Source: Octopus sinensis
Lineage: Eukaryota
Length of the DNA stretch: 64,000 bases
Direction of reading: 5' to 3'
Assembly (NCBI RefSeq): GCF_006345805.1
Contig: NC_042999.1
Coordinates: 12,524,001-12,588,000, forward strand
The notes below the pieces were generated by a model. That model made no database searches. It had not been told where the DNA came from and was given only the letters and a program-made list of their open reading frames with translations. Below are positions 22,897 through 37,089 of the stretch, one piece after another. The position numbers and the translations under genes were made by a program. Within the stretch, counting starts at the first letter, position 1, and each line of letters begins with the position of its first letter.

Positions 22897-23311
22897 GGAT
22901 CTTTTCAGTTTGAACGGCAGTTTTTAAAAATAATTTCCACATAACTAAACACTTTTAAACTTCGTATACTGGTAGAATGTGTTTATAAAACATCTTTTTC
23001 TCTTGGCTTTATTGAGAAAATTCTATAGTTTGTAAGATATTTGTTGTTTTTTTCTTCAATTTCTGCAATTTCAACCAATCAGTGATGTCTATTGAGGTGA
23101 AAACATTCTGTGCCGTATGAAAATGTCCCTCGTTTAAGAAACAGATTGGGTTTATTTACATTTCTGAAGAAAAAACGATACCCTTCCCCTAACTCTAACC
23201 TTAACCCTAAAATAGATTGAAATGCAATAGATCGATACTAGGGTCATAATTATGGGTGACAATTTCATATGACACCGCTAGAAAATACTGCCGTTCAAAC
23301 CGAAAAGATCC
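22897..23311. mobile_element. Non-autonomous TIR element (MITE), hAT-like
   Basis: TIR ggatcttttc(a/g)gtttgaacggcagt at both ends; 8-bp flanks caatgata and aaatgata (7/8 identical). Confidence 0.85.
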
Positions 23312-23864
23312 AAATGATAAACTTCTGGAAAGTTTTACAGATTTTTACAGTTCCAGTGATGGATTGGATCGGTAGTCTTTGAATTAGCTTTCTCCTTTCT
23401 GGTTCTGGTATGTATGCATGCATGTATGTATGTATGCATGCATGCAGGTATGTGTGTGGGTGGGTGTGTGTATGTATGCATGTATGTATGTTCATTGTAC
23501 ACATGTTGGTGCATGTGTCTGTGTGTGTATATGTGTACTGCATGAGTTTTGCAAATATATATGTGTGTGCTGGCTAAATTTAATGGCTTGCATAAACATG
23601 ATATCCCATCCAAAATTAAAAGTATTCTAAAGAGTCAGAAAAATATCAATTAGATTATGGCTAGGAGATAACAGTTTATTCAAAGATGCTGCTCTCAGCT
23701 TCCACTATGAGCTTAGAATGACTCCAGAACCTGATGCATACATTTCTCACTGTCTCTAGGAAGGTCACCAAACATCTTGGCCACCAGCTCAGCCTTAGTG
23801 TGACCGGCAGAGTTGATGGTATCAGATGACTGAAACAAATAAAAGAATAAAAAGAAAAAGACAT

Positions 23865-25080
23865 GAGGACCAGTGTCTTGAGGTGCTTTGTGATGTTGTG
23901 AGAGAGAGGTGTGTTCACATGGATGATGGTTCACTTGCAGTCAGTGACTCTGCTAAGAAAGAAGCTTGGAAGCGCCACAATGAAAGGCTACTAAATGTAG
24001 AGAACTCATGGGAGAAGGAGAGTCCTCCTAATGTAGATTCAAGAGAGGGACAGCCATGAAGGATATGAAGCTGGGGAAAGCTCCTGGCCCCTCAGGAATC
24101 ACAGCTGAGATGTTTAAAAAATCTGGTGGTGTGCGATATGGACTAGTTACCCATATAGTAAATCAGGTTGTACACGAGGGAGTCATACCCAATGACTGGT
24201 TTAGCAGCATCATAGTCAACTGCTGCAGAGGAAAAGGAGTTGCTTTAGATAGAAATAATTACTGAGGTATCAAACTTAGACTGGATGATGAAAGATACAG
24301 AGAGGGTCGTAGCCCAACTAATTAAGACCAGAGTTAGTCTAGATGGGATGCAGTTTGGTATCGTGCCACTGATGCTATATTTCTGGTAAGGCAGCTGCAG
24401 AAGAACCTTTGTACTTGGCTTTTGTTAATATGGAGAAAGCCTTTGACAGGTTCCTTCAATTCCTTATCTGGTGGTCACTGCAAAAACTAGGGTTAGATGA
24501 GTGGTTGGTGAGAGCAGTACAAGCCATGTACAGGGATGCCATAAGGTGAGGGTGGCAATGAGAATAGCATTGAATTCAAGGTACAAGTAAGGATTCATCA
24601 AGGATCAGTCCTCAGTCCTCTCCTGTTCATCATAGTCCTCCAGGCAATAACAGGAATTTAAGACAGGTTGCCCATGGGAGCTCCTCTATTCTGATGACCA
24701 TGTTCTTATAGCTGAATCATTTCCAGAACTAGAGAATTTTCAGGTGTGGAAGCAAGGTCTAGAATTGAAGGGCCTTAGAGTTCACCTAGCAAAAACCAAA
24801 GTCTTAGTAAGTAGGTAAGTGGACAAATCACAAATCCCTCAGGTAGATGGCCCTGCTCGATCTGTAGAAAAAGAGCAGGTAGAAACTTCATAAGATGTAC
24901 CCAGTGTAAAGCTATGGACACAGAAGAGAAAGAGGAAGGTTAACAGGGTAAATAGTTTTGTGTGTGGAAGGTGCACAAGTTCAGTAAACACCACAAATGT
25001 ACTGAAAATAGGCTCCATCAGATGTCAGGTGGGTAAGCTAGAGATAGTAGATAGCAATGGACATTAAATGACGATGATAT
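23865..25080 (+). pseudogene. Heavily decayed RTE LINE RT region
   Basis: RERCVHMDDGSLAVSDSAKKEAWKRHNERLLN, GKAPGPSGITAEM, ggagaaagcctttgacagg, caaggatcagtcctcagtcc. Confidence 0.85.
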
Positions 25081-26277
25081 ATTACTCATACACATATATT
25101 ATCATCACATATATTGTCATCATTGTAATTATCATTACTGTCTTGTAATGTTATCTTCCCTGCTGGCATGAGCTGGATGGTTTGACGAGTTCTAATGGGT
25201 CAGAGGACTGCCTTATGCTTCAATGTCTGTTTTGGTATGGTTTCTGTGAGTGGATGTCTTTCCTAACTCCAACCACATTGTATTGGGTGCTTTTTTCATA
25301 CATAATGCATCAGTATTAGCAAGGCCTCCATGTAGGCCACAAAGCAAAAAGCTCCCATCAAGTCAGTTGGGCTACAATAGAGATGCTAGGGGATGAGAGG
25401 TTCAAGTAAGGGCTAAAACTGGTTTATTGCAGAAGAAGAGATACATGGTACTCATATTATACAAAGAGTGGATGGATTAATCAGTGCAGAGCTGGAAAGA
25501 GAGAGAAATGTGATAGTGATGAGCTGTCAGGATGGCCTCTAGGGACAGGAGGCTTTAGAGAAAGAAAAGGTCGCTGGGAAGAGGTAATAAGAGTGTATGG
25601 CGAGAGTGAAGAATGGGAAGAGATGAAATACAGGTGCAAATATACAGAACGATGATCAACGGTTGAGGTGACAGCAATTTAAATTAAGTATGAGTAGGAT
25701 GGAAGGAAGAGGAGAGTAGAGATTGGGAAGGGCATTAATGGTGACCACAGGGAATGGTGGTAAGGGACAATGTTAAGAATGAAGGATGGATATCAGGTGA
25801 AGTGGTTATGAGAATTGAGAAAAATAAGAGCTATCACAGAAAAGATGATAAAATATGTAGTTCTGTCCTCATTTAATTACAACAGCAGAAAACTGCAGTA
25901 AAGAGGTGGAGAGATCAATGATCGGAAATAAGGAGTCGGGGGGGGGGCAGGTTTGCTGAGGAAATTAGGCAAGGGGCTTGATTGTGTATTTTGACATTTT
26001 GTCTCCAAAATCTGGGCAGGATAACCAAATTTTATTTGAGATTTTTAATTGCTCAAAGTGTCTACTGAGGCTCAACACATAGCCAGGGCTATGGTTTCAT
26101 ATTTTTGCAATGCTTTGGGCTAGTTTATCCAATATCTCACTGTTTCAACCTACTGCAACAGTCCAAAACAGTCAGCATATTCCAGTCCAACAAGATTGTT
26201 ACTACTTAGATGTAGCTAATACATTTTCCTTGTAACGATGAAATAGGTAGTATTATAGAAGACTAAATTTAATATTA

Positions 26278-26778
26278 AGCATGACCTTCGAACATTGCGC
26301 CTCACAGAGGCAATGACGAAAGACCAAGACCTCTGGAGATGTACTGTGACTGCAAAGACCTGACAAATAAAGTGAGTTCATGGCTGTATCCTACAAGAAA
26401 CTTGGATCGCAGGATGACCTGCTGTGCTTACCTTGGATCGTGGGGTGACCTGCTTTGCTTGAGGAGACCTATTGAGTACATCAACATCAAAATAAAAATC
26501 AAATGGAAATTGTAGTTGTGACACCTGTGCCGGTGGAACGTAAAAAGCACCAACCAATCATAGTCGATGCCAGCCTCCTCTAGCCCCTGTGCCGGTGGCA
26601 GGTAAAAAGCACCTACTACACTCTCGGAGTGGTTGGCGTTAGGAAGGGCATCCAGCTGTAGAAACGCTGCCAGATCAGACTGGAGCCTGGTGCTGCCTTC
26701 TGGCTTCCCAGACCCCGGTTGAACCGTCCAACCCATGCTAGCATGGAAAATAGAGGTTAAGCGATATGATGATGATGT
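26278..26778 (+). mobile_element. RTE 3' end (ORF end plus 3'UTR)
   Basis: aagcatgaccttcgaac...ggcgttaggaagggcatccagctgtagaaac...gcatggaaaa..gatgatgatg. Confidence 0.85.
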
Positions 26779-29307
26779 TGATATGGTAATAAAAAAGACG
26801 CCCATATGTACAGAAATGTGATGTAATTGACAACAGAAACATTGTGACAAACAGTTTGGTTAATTGCTTCTATTCTAGTCATTCATTAATTCTGTGTGAT
26901 TCAATTAACTAATTACCTTAAGTGAGGAATGTCTGGGTTATTGTTAGAACATGGATGCGTCAATTGTATTAAGAAGATTATTGTTTAAATCTCATGTGAT
27001 TAACATTTATCATGATACATTCTTGCGTGCATTACCCCCCCCTCCAATACTCTGGATGATATACAAGAATTTATCCCTGCATGGTAGTGACTCGCTGAGT
27101 GAAATCTACTCTCCTGGCATAGAAAGGCCAGTTTATTTTACTTATAGTGAGAAGAAAGCAACCCTCATACAACCACGTAAAGGTTTAATCATTAACCTTT
27201 TTTGATACCAGCTAATTTCTTCATTATTTTAAGAGTTCATTGAAACAAAGACAATGTAATTTTACAGAAATATGGTGAATAAATGGTTAATAACAATTTT
27301 ACTAAATTTTTCATTAGTTTCAAATTAATTGAAATAAATGCTGTGGAAATTCTAACAAAAAACATGTTAATATTCTTTGGTAGAATGTCGTCAGAGCAAG
27401 ACATCTGCTCACTGATTCTTTGAAACAATTCTTTCTCTCTTTTCCAACCTTTTCCCTGGCAGCCAAGGGACATAGATAGGTTTATCAAATACCATACAAG
27501 ATAACTTCTTGATTTATTAAAATTGTTTCCACCTGTAGAGGACATGTCATAATTAGCAAATAGCAATTGAGACCTGCTCCACATGAGAAGTGGAAAGAAT
27601 CTCAAGAATCAACACTTCTCCAAGTTGATATGACATAACAGAAAAGGATAAGCTTATCATCTGAAGATAAGAGAAACGTGGACATGTGTTTCTGCCTTAA
27701 TAAGTATCATCTCTTTAATGTATTTCTGTTGCTGTCTGTTTGGTGGACAAATTCATATAATTTAGGAATAATGTTTGAAATATATTTTAAGGAAGGAAAA
27801 AAAACTGCAAAAGAGGAAGAGATGATATGAGTCATATTTTCTTTGCTAGCAAAACTCCAAAGCAGAGTCCCCAAAATTGACCTGATAATACTCAATTTCA
27901 GTATCAAAGAAAAAAATAATAAAAAGCAATTAGACAAAGCAGTTATAGAAGAACAATTATGAACATGTGAATAGAATTAGAAGAACCTATCCTAAAAACG
28001 TTTGCAGAAATTAAGAACCAGCCTCACAGAGATCAAAGTAGAATTTATATGCATACCAACATAAAGAAACTGAGGAAGCAGTTAGGCTTGCTCCACCTTC
28101 ACATTAATAGAATCATCATGCACACTATCATCAACATACACACACAAACATGCACAATGGTACTTAGATGTACATAGAAATACTCACACAATTTAAGAAA
28201 ATATTTAATTGCCCCAGAGAAAATTCAAGGCGTCTTTGCTCAAAAAGCATGGTGGCCATTTCACAGATTTAATTTCAAAGCACACTGCACCCCCCACTAA
28301 CATTGAATAAATATCATCAACATAAGATTGTTGTTACTTTAAGACACAGACATATTAATCTAATAAAAACAGAAATATTATCTGAATTGGTGAAAGATCT
28401 TAGTCTTTAGGTTCCAGGCATGGCTGTGTGGCTAAGACGTTTGTTTCACAACCATGGGATTCTGGTTCCGTCCCACTACATAGTACATTGGGTAAAGTGT
28501 CTTTTGGCAGACCAGTGCTTTGTGAGTAAATTTGGAAGATGGGAATTGAAAAAAAAAAGCTGTTGTGTGTGCTTTATTCTCCCGTCCCCACCCCCTGACA
28601 ACCATCCCAGCACTTGACGACCAATATTAATTTGTTTATGGCCACACAATATGAATATGAAATTCAGTGACACCTCAAATCCCCAATATGTTACTGGCCA
28701 ACTCTAGTCATGGAAATAACAACACAGAAGAGGAATTCATGGGCAAAATTCATTTTTACGACTAATGTCTGTTTGGCAGACGTCAGCATGAATCAGCAAA
28801 TAATTTGTTTGAGGATTTCTGTAAATAAGAGTTCATTCTTGGAATGCACGTGGAAGAGCAAGAATCCTAACAATAACATATCCAGTTACTTTTAATACTT
28901 TCTGGCAGATTCAAACATGAACATGAAACATGCGGTCACTGTTTTTCATTATCTGCGAACATTTTGAGCATGTCTTCTATTTAGACAATGGGTGGGGGTA
29001 ATTTTGATTGAGATGACACACAGATCCAAAAGTGTCTCAAAGTCCCCTCACACCAGTGAATTGTGTGTGATAGGAACACACATCATGTAAAGAAGCTGAT
29101 GCTTTCTTTAATGCAACATTGATCACATACTCACATTTGAATCTTCCAAATCATATTGAGGATGAATGCATACATTATTGGACATAATATTATTCTTTTC
29201 TTTTCTTAAGGTTCTTATTTATAGCTTTCAGAGAAGAAAAGGAACAACAAAGACATTGATGAAAATTTCATTTGTGTATCAAACTCATACAAGTAATATA
29301 TATACAT

Positions 29308-30083
29308 ATCATCATCATCATCGTTTAACGTCCACTTTCCATGAAAGCATGGGTTGGACGATTTGACTGAAGACTGGCGAAACAGATGGCTGATCTGATC
29401 TGGCAGAGTTTCTACAGCTGGATGTCTTTGTTAATGTCAACCACTCTGAGAGTGTAGTGGGTGCTTTTATGTGCCACCGGCATGAGGGCCAGTCAGATGG
29501 TACTGGCTACAGTCACACTCAAGTTGTGTTTTTTATGTGCCACCTGCACAGGAGCCAGTCCAGCGGCACTGGCAACGACTTCGCTCGAATGTTTTTCATG
29601 TGCTACTGGCACAAATGCCAGTAAGGCGACGCTGGTAACAATCATGTTTGAATGGTGCTTTTTACATTCCACCGGTATGGAAGCCAGTCAGCTGCTCTGG
29701 CAGCGACCACGCTCGGATGGTGCTCTTAGCGCTCCGCTGGCATGGGTGCCAGTCATCGAATTTACAAATTTGGTTTGATTTCAATTTCACTTGCGTCAAG
29801 TGAAATCACAAGCTGAGTTTAGTGTCCAATGAAGGAAAGGTATGCATAAGTGGACTGGTTACATCCCTGGCATAGGCCACGGCTTCTGGTCTCACTTGAC
29901 TTGCCGGGTCTTCTCAAGCACTGCATATTTCCAAAGGTGTCAGTCACTAGTCATAGCCTCGGTGAGGCCCAAAGTTCGAAAGTCATGCTTCACCACCTCA
30001 TCCCAGGTCTTCCTGGGTCTACCTCTTCCACAGGTTCCCTCAACCACAAGGGTGTAGCACTTTTTCACACAGCTATCCTCATC
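29308..30083 (-). mobile_element. 5'-truncated RTE LINE
   Basis: (CAT)n tail, 3'UTR modules and ORF end to about 30083. Confidence 0.85.
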
Positions 30084-30349
30084 CAAATGAGATAGCAATT
30101 TGGGATACCAATAACTCTTTTATCGTCTTCTAAATGTTTCACGTTCTTGTCCCAGTTTGTATTTTTTTACATTTACACACATATATATATATATAATATA
30201 TATATACACACACACATATATGTGTGTATTTATATATACACATATATATACACACATATATATATACACACACATATACACACACATATATATACATGCA
30301 CATATACATACAAACACACACACACACACACACACATATATACAGGTAA

Positions 30350-30900
30350 GTGAACTCAGAGAATTTCCTAATTTTCCCTTCTTATCAATGTTCACAGAAC
30401 ACCTCAGTACAACAAAGAATGAATAAAGAGGCAACTTTCATCAATAAATATCTTCCACAACTCAATATGAACACATAACATAATACAGAACACTACTAAC
30501 CTTTCAATTAGTACCACTAACCCCCATACATCCCATACACCATTCACATTACACATCTATATCTACCCTAATTGCACCAAATCCAGAACTACTTACTTCC
30601 TTTACACATAATTGTTTTACTCAGGGACTAGTAGACCTGACACCGTTCATTAATCGGTGTGCATTCAAAGCAATGATTAGTAAATTCATGAAACTGGTAT
30701 GCTTTTGAATCTCTTTAACAATTCCCAATAATGACTTTTATTACTTTTATTCCTACCTCAGTTCATTTAAATTTATATATCTATCGTTACTTTTCATAAA
30801 AAGCCTTTACTTTTTTTTATTTCCAATGTGCATTTTCGCTTTTTTTCTTCTTACTTTCCCCTTACATTTCCACGTGTAGTTTCTATTTTCTTTTTGTAAG
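30350..30900 (+). mobile_element. Penelope-like element 3' remnant (GIY-YIG C-terminus plus 3' region)
   Basis: FLIFPSYQCSQNTSVQQRMNKEATFINKYLPQLNMNT* resembles the PLE endonuclease end R..KE..FI.K..P.LN. Confidence 0.55.
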
Positions 30901-30905
30901 ATATT

Positions 30906-30949
<44 letters not shown>

Positions 30950-30984
30950 GTATATGTATATATATATATATGTCTGCACATATA

Positions 30985-33407
30985 TATCATCATCATTGTT
31001 TAACGTCCGCTTTCCATGCTAGCATGGGTTGGACGGTTCAACTGGGGTCTGGGAAGCCAGAAAGTTGCACCAGGCTCCAGTCTGATCTGGCAGTGTTTCT
31101 ACAGCTGGATGCCCTTCCTAATGCCAACCACTCCGTGAGTGTAGTGGGTGCTTTTTATGTGCCACCAGCACGGAGGCCAGATGAGGCTGGCAACAGCCAT
31201 GATCAGACCGTGCTTTTTACGTGCCACCGGCACTGGTATCACAGCTACAAATTCCAATGATGTTGATCGATTTTGATTTTGATTTTCACTTGCCTCAACA
31301 GATCTTCACAAGTAGAGTTTTGTGTACCAAGAGGGAAAGGTATGCATAAGTGGACTGGCTACATCCCAGGTAGAAGCCACGAGTTATGGCCTCACTTGTC
31401 CTGCCGGGTCTTCTCATGCACAGCATACTTCCAAAGGTCTCAGTCTCTAGTCATTTCCTTGGTGAGACCTAAAGTTCGAAAGTTGTGCTTCACCACCTCG
31501 TCCCAGGTTTTCCTGGGTCTACCTCTTCCACAGGTTCCCTCAACTGCTAGGGTGTGACACTTTTTCACACAACTATCTTCATCCATTCTCGCCACATGAC
31601 CATACCAGCGCAAACGTCTCTCTTGCACACCACAACTGATGCTTCTTAGGTCCAACTTTTCTCTCAAGGTATTTACACTCTGTCGAGTATGAACACTGAC
31701 ATTACACATCCATCGGAGTATACTGGCTTCATTTCTTGCGAGCTTACACATATCCTCAGCAGTCACAGCCCATGTTTCACTGCCATGTAGCATGGCTGTT
31801 CGTACACATGCGTCATACAGTCTGCCTTTTACTCTGAGCGAGAGGCCTTTTGTCACCAGCAGAGGTAAGAGCTCTCTGAACTTTGCCCAGGCTATTCTTA
31901 CTCTAGCAGTTACACTTTCAGCACACCCGCCCCCGCTACTGACTTGGTCACCTAGGTAACGGAAGCTATCAACTACTTCTAGTTTTTCTCCCTGGGATGT
32001 GGCGGAAGATGGTCTCTGCACATTTTCAGTGTTTATTGCTCCTGAGCATCTGCCACATACAGAAACTATCTTCCTAGTTAGCCTTCCTTTGACATTGCTG
32101 CACCTCGTATGTGTCCATAGCTTACACTTGGTGCATCTTATAGAGTTTCTACCTACGCCTTTTCTACAGATCGAGCAAGGCCATCTACCTAAAGGCATTT
32201 GTGATTTGTCTACCTTCCTACTTATTAGGACTTTGGTTTTAGCTAGGTTGACTCTAAGGCCCTTCGATTCTAATCCTTGCTTCCACACCTGAAACTTCTC
32301 CTCCAGTTCTGATAGTGACTCAGCAATTAGAGCAAGGTCATCAGCATATAGGAGCTCCCAGGAGAATCCTGTCTTGAATTCCTTCGTTATTGCCTGCAGG
32401 ACTATGATAAATAGGAGGAGGCTGAGGACTGAACCTTAGTGGACCCCAACCTCTACCCGGTATTCTTCACTATACTTGTTGCCAACCCTCAACTTACTAA
32501 CAGCGTCCCTGTACATGGTTCGCACAGCTCTCACTAACCATTCATCTATCCCTAGTTTCCTCATTGACCACCAGATAAGGGATCGGGGGACCCTGTCAAA
32601 GGCTTTCTCCATGTCAATGAAAGCCAGGTACAGAGGTTTATCTTTGGCTAGGTATTTCTCCTGCAGCTGTCTTACCAGAAATATGGCATCAGTGGTGCTT
32701 TTCCCTGGCACGAAACCAAACTGCATCTCGTCCAAGTCGACTCTCTCCCTAATCAATTGGGCTATGACCCTCTCCGTAACCTTCATTACCTGATCCAACA
32801 GCTTGATACCTCTGTAATTATTTGTATCTAGGGCGTCACCTTTACCTTTGTAGCAGTTGACTATTATGCTGCTACACCAGTCATTGGGAATGACTCCTTC
32901 GTGTATCACCTGGTTAACTATATGGGTGACTAGGCTATAGCCGACACTACCAGATATTTTGAACATCTCTGCAGTAATTCCTGATGGGCCTGAGGCTTTC
33001 CCTGTCTTCATGCTTCTAATTGCCTTAACTACCAAGGAACTGTCAACTCGGATAGCTGGTCCCTCTGTTGGGTCGACATTCGGCAGACTCTCTTTATCCC
33101 ATTCATTTTCTTTATTCAGCAACCTTTCATAGGGGCATCTCCAAATCTCTCTCTTTGCATCCTCATTTAGTGCAAGTGAACCATCATCCATGCAAACACA
33201 TTTCTCTCCTACAACATCACGATTCTCTCTCACACACTGTCTTGCAACACGAAATACCTCAAGTCTTTGGTCCTCACGGTGCAGAACATTGGCAAATCTT
33301 TTATTATCTGCTTCCCCTCTGGCTAAATAAACATGTCTCCTAGTTTCTCTTCTGGCAGTCTGATACAAATCTCTGCTACCTCCGTTCTTCCAGTCCCTCC
33401 AAGCCTA
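30985..33407 (-). mobile_element. RTE-clade LINE, 5'-truncated
   Basis: ORFs 32436-33368 (RT) and 31440-32288; (CAT)n tail. Confidence 0.95.
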
Positions 33408-33435
33408 TAGGCATATATCTATAAATATATATATG

Positions 33436-34115
33436 AAGCATGACCTTCGACTTTAGGCCTCACCAAGGAAATGACTAGTGACCAAGACTGTGCTTGAGAA
33501 GACCTGGCAAGCCAAATGAGACCATAACCTCATGGCCTATGCCAGGGGCGTAACCAGCCCACTTATGCATGCCTTTTTGTTCTTTGGACACTAAACTCTG
33601 CTTGGGAAGACCTTTTTGAGGCAAGTGAAATCAAAATCAAATTTGATGACTGGCATCCGTGCTAGCAGGGTGAAAAGAGCACCATACGAGTGTGATCCTT
33701 ACCAGCATTGCCTTACTGGCACTTGTGCTTGTGTTAGTAGGGTGCTAAGAGCACCATCCAAGCATGATTGTTGCCAGAGCGGCTAACTGGCTTCTGTGCT
33801 GGTGGCGCGTAAAAGGCACCATTCGAGCATGATTGTTACCAATGTTGCCTTACTGGCACCTGTGCTGGTAGCATGTGTAAAAAGATTCAAGTGATGTCGT
33901 TGCCAGTACTGCCTCACTGGCCCCCGTGCCGGTGGCACATAAAAAGCACCCACTACACTCTCGGAGTGATTAGCGTTAGGAAGGGCATCCAGCTGTAGAA
34001 ATTCTGCCAGATCAAGATTGGAGCCTGGTGCAGCCATCTGGTTCACCAGCCCTCAGTCAAAATCGTCCAACCGATGCTAGTATGGAAAGTGGACATTAAG
34101 CGATGATGATGATGA
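33436..34115 (+). mobile_element. RTE 3' end with diverged 3'UTR modules
   Basis: aagcatgaccttcg...gcgttaggaagggcatccagctg...gatgatgatgat. Confidence 0.8.
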
Positions 34116-34200
34116 TATATATATGCACACATATATATATATAGACACGCACACATATATATATATATAGACATATATATATATGTGTGTGTGTGTGTGT

Positions 34201-34550
34201 GAAATCGATCAAAATCAATGGAAATTGTAGTTGTGATACCAGTGCCGATGGTACGTAAGAGAACCATCCGAACGTGGCCATAGCACCGCCCCGACTGGCC
34301 TCCGTGCTGGTGGCACATAAAAAGCACCATCCGATCGAGGCCATTGCCAGCTTCGTCTGGCACCTGTGCTGGTGGCACATAAAAGCACCCACAACACTCT
34401 CGGAGTGGTTGGTGTTAGGAAGGGCATCAAGCTGTAGAAATTCTGTCAGATCAGATTGGAGCCTGGTGCAGCCATCTGGTTCACCAGTCCTCAGTCAAAT
34501 CATCCAACCCATGCTAGCATGGAAAGCGGACGTTAAATGATGATGATGAT
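34201..34550 (+). mobile_element. RTE 3'UTR-only copy
   Basis: aatcaatggaaattgtagttgtg...ggaagggcatc...gcggacgttaaatgatgatgatgat. Confidence 0.85.
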
Positions 34551-34589
34551 ACGATGAGCTTCTTTCAGTTTCTATCAAATCCACTCTAA

Positions 34590-37080
34590 GAATCCATCCG
34601 GTCAGCTGCCTACATTTCATTGCCAATTTAGCAACATGCACATGAAAGGTTGCATCATTACTCATGTAAATACCCAGGTCTCGCACTGATTGTGCCTCTG
34701 GGATTGCAATCCCTACAGGTCCAGTATATTTATTGGGTATTGCATTTAGTTTTGCATGCTGATAGCATAAAGCTTGAAACTTTTCAGCATTGAACTGCAT
34801 GCTATTCTTTTCAGCCCACTTGTATATTTTGTCCAGCTCACATTGCAGATGCATAGTGTCTTCGGGGTTCTGTATTACCTGTGAAACTTTTGTATCATCT
34901 GCATAACTTGTGATCGTGGCTCTCTGCATGGCTGAGGGCATGTCCGAGAGGGCCATTATGAACAGTAGTGGTCCCAAAACAGTGCCCTGCAGAACACCGC
35001 TCACTATTTGCGTGTTAATGGAGGTGACCCCATTGGCTACTACCACCTGACTTCTATCCTTCAGAAAGTCATGAAGCCATTCTCCCAATTTTCCAACTAT
35101 GCCAAGATCACGCAGTTTGTGACATATCATTCCATGATCGACTTTATCAAAGGCTTTTGGAAAGTCGAGATATATCACTTCCACATTTGAGTGGTTGAGC
35201 AGTTGTTTCAGCACCCAGTCATAGGGTTGTAGGAGCTGAGTTAGGCAGCTCCTTCCTGGTCGGAAACCATGTTGGGTGTCAGGCAGCAAGTTATTTTCTT
35301 CAAGAAAGGCAATTAGTTTCCTTCTGACTATTCGTTCCATGACCTTGCTGATGTGTAAGGTCAGAGAGATAGGTCTGTAGTTCTTGATCTCCACTCTGCT
35401 ACTTCCTTTATAAATAGGGCATATTTTATCTTCCTTCAGTTTTCTTGGAAGTTTGCCAGTTGCAAGGAAGCTCTGAAAGAGGAACTGCAGTGGTCTTGCT
35501 AGGACTCTCTTACATACTTTTAGAAGGATTGCTGGGAATCCATCGGGGCCAGTAGCTGAGTTTGGGTTCATTTCATCTATAGCCTTTATTACATCGTCTT
35601 CCTTTATATTGATGTAATCAATCATCGTTGCCTCTGATTTTATATCTGCAGTGGTAAAGAAGTCAGTTGGATTGCTGACTTGAAAATGCCCTAGGGGTGG
35701 AGTGAAAATACTTTTGAATTGCTCATTTAGTATTTCACTTATCCTCATTGGATTTCCTGTGAGTGAACCATCTTTTTCAAGGAGTGGCCCTATCCTACAG
35801 TGCACTGTAGCTGTTTCTTTGGCAAACTTGTAGAAAGCTCTGGGGTTAGATTTTATGTTGTCTATAGCCCAGGCTTCTTTGTCTGCTCTTTCTTTTTCAT
35901 GGGAGAGTTGCAGACATTTTTTAATTTCCAACAGTTTTATTTTCAGGCAGGACTTTTCACTGCTTTCAATTTGTTTGTTTAGGCGATTTGAAACTTTTGT
36001 ACGCCATCTCATAAGAATTTTCCTCTCTCTAGGGATTTTGTTCTTGTGTACAGTGGCCTTTCTCTCTGGGACACATTTGTAGCATATGGCTTGCATTACA
36101 GACATGAATTGTTGAAGTTTCATGTCGATGTCTGGCGAGGAGAGACATTCAGGCCAGTTTTGTTTGAGGATCTCTTTCTCAATTTGTTTCCAGTTTGCCT
36201 TATGGAAGTTCAAGCTGGAAAGATTCTGAGAGTTTCTTGTAGACTGCATGTTCATGCTTTCCTTTGGTCCGTACATGGTCAACTCTACCATGTTGTGATC
36301 CGAGAGTAGTGTCAGTGTCACTTTCACATTATGGATGAGATCCATATTATTTGTGAAGCAGAGATCCAGTATGTTACCTGCCCTGGTTGGTTGGAGTATT
36401 ATTTGCTCCATGTACAAAGTGTTGATGAGGTTCAGGAGGGATCTCGCTTGTCCTCGTTCGCATTGTGTCATTCCTGGGAGAGAAAGGCCCTCAGGCCATC
36501 TGACATTGGGCAGATTGAAGTCTCCCATAAGAAGCACACTTATGTGTTGTTCTAATGTGACTAGAACTTCTTCTATTTTTGTAAGGCAGTCTTCAAACTT
36601 GCCCACATGGCTTGGAGCATCTGGAGGGCGATATGTAGCACATATAACTACACTGAGTTGCCTTATATGTACAATTAATGTGTCACACACCGAATTTGAG
36701 TATGACAAAAGGACCTGGAGTGTGAGGTCCTTGCGGATGTACATAGCAGCTCCACCATGACTCCTTTCTTTTCTGTCGGTCCGTAGTACAACATACTGTG
36801 GTATGTGTACTTCCACATCCGCTATGTCCGGTTTCAGGTGTGTTTCCGTAAGTGCTATGCATAAGGCTTGATTGCATGCAACAAGGTCTCTCAAGAAAGG
36901 GATTTTTGTCCTGTTACTGAGTGTTAGCAGTCCTCTGATGTTCAGTAGGAGCATCGAGGTGAGGTGTATACTGTTGCCGGCAGTGTCCACCTTGGATCTA
37001 TTTGCTGTGGCGGTCTTGTGTATTGTGGATAGTCCCATCTGTGAGTTTGAGCTTGATGGAGCCAGGTTAGCTGCTGTACA
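34590..37080 (-). mobile_element. CR1-group LINE ORF2 (APE endonuclease plus RT), long open frame, 3' end missing
   Basis: ORF 34495-37098: LLNIRGL, IALTETHL, MGDFNLP, ILDLCF, TGPDG, NYRPISLT, QHGFRPGRSC, YLDFPKAFDKV, QGTVLGP, YADD; the frame runs into the adjacent RTE tail. Confidence 0.93.
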
Positions 37081-37089
37081 ATCTTTTGT

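Noticed and set aside
27237-28895. Short ORFs in AT-rich unique DNA (27237-27605, 27707-27937, 28710-28895)
   Set aside because: No family similarity or convincing splice pairs; small exons cannot be excluded without RNA data
30640-30705. Possible hammerhead after the Penelope remnant (catGAAACtggtatgc)
   Set aside because: No credible CUGANGA with matching stems; too decayed to call
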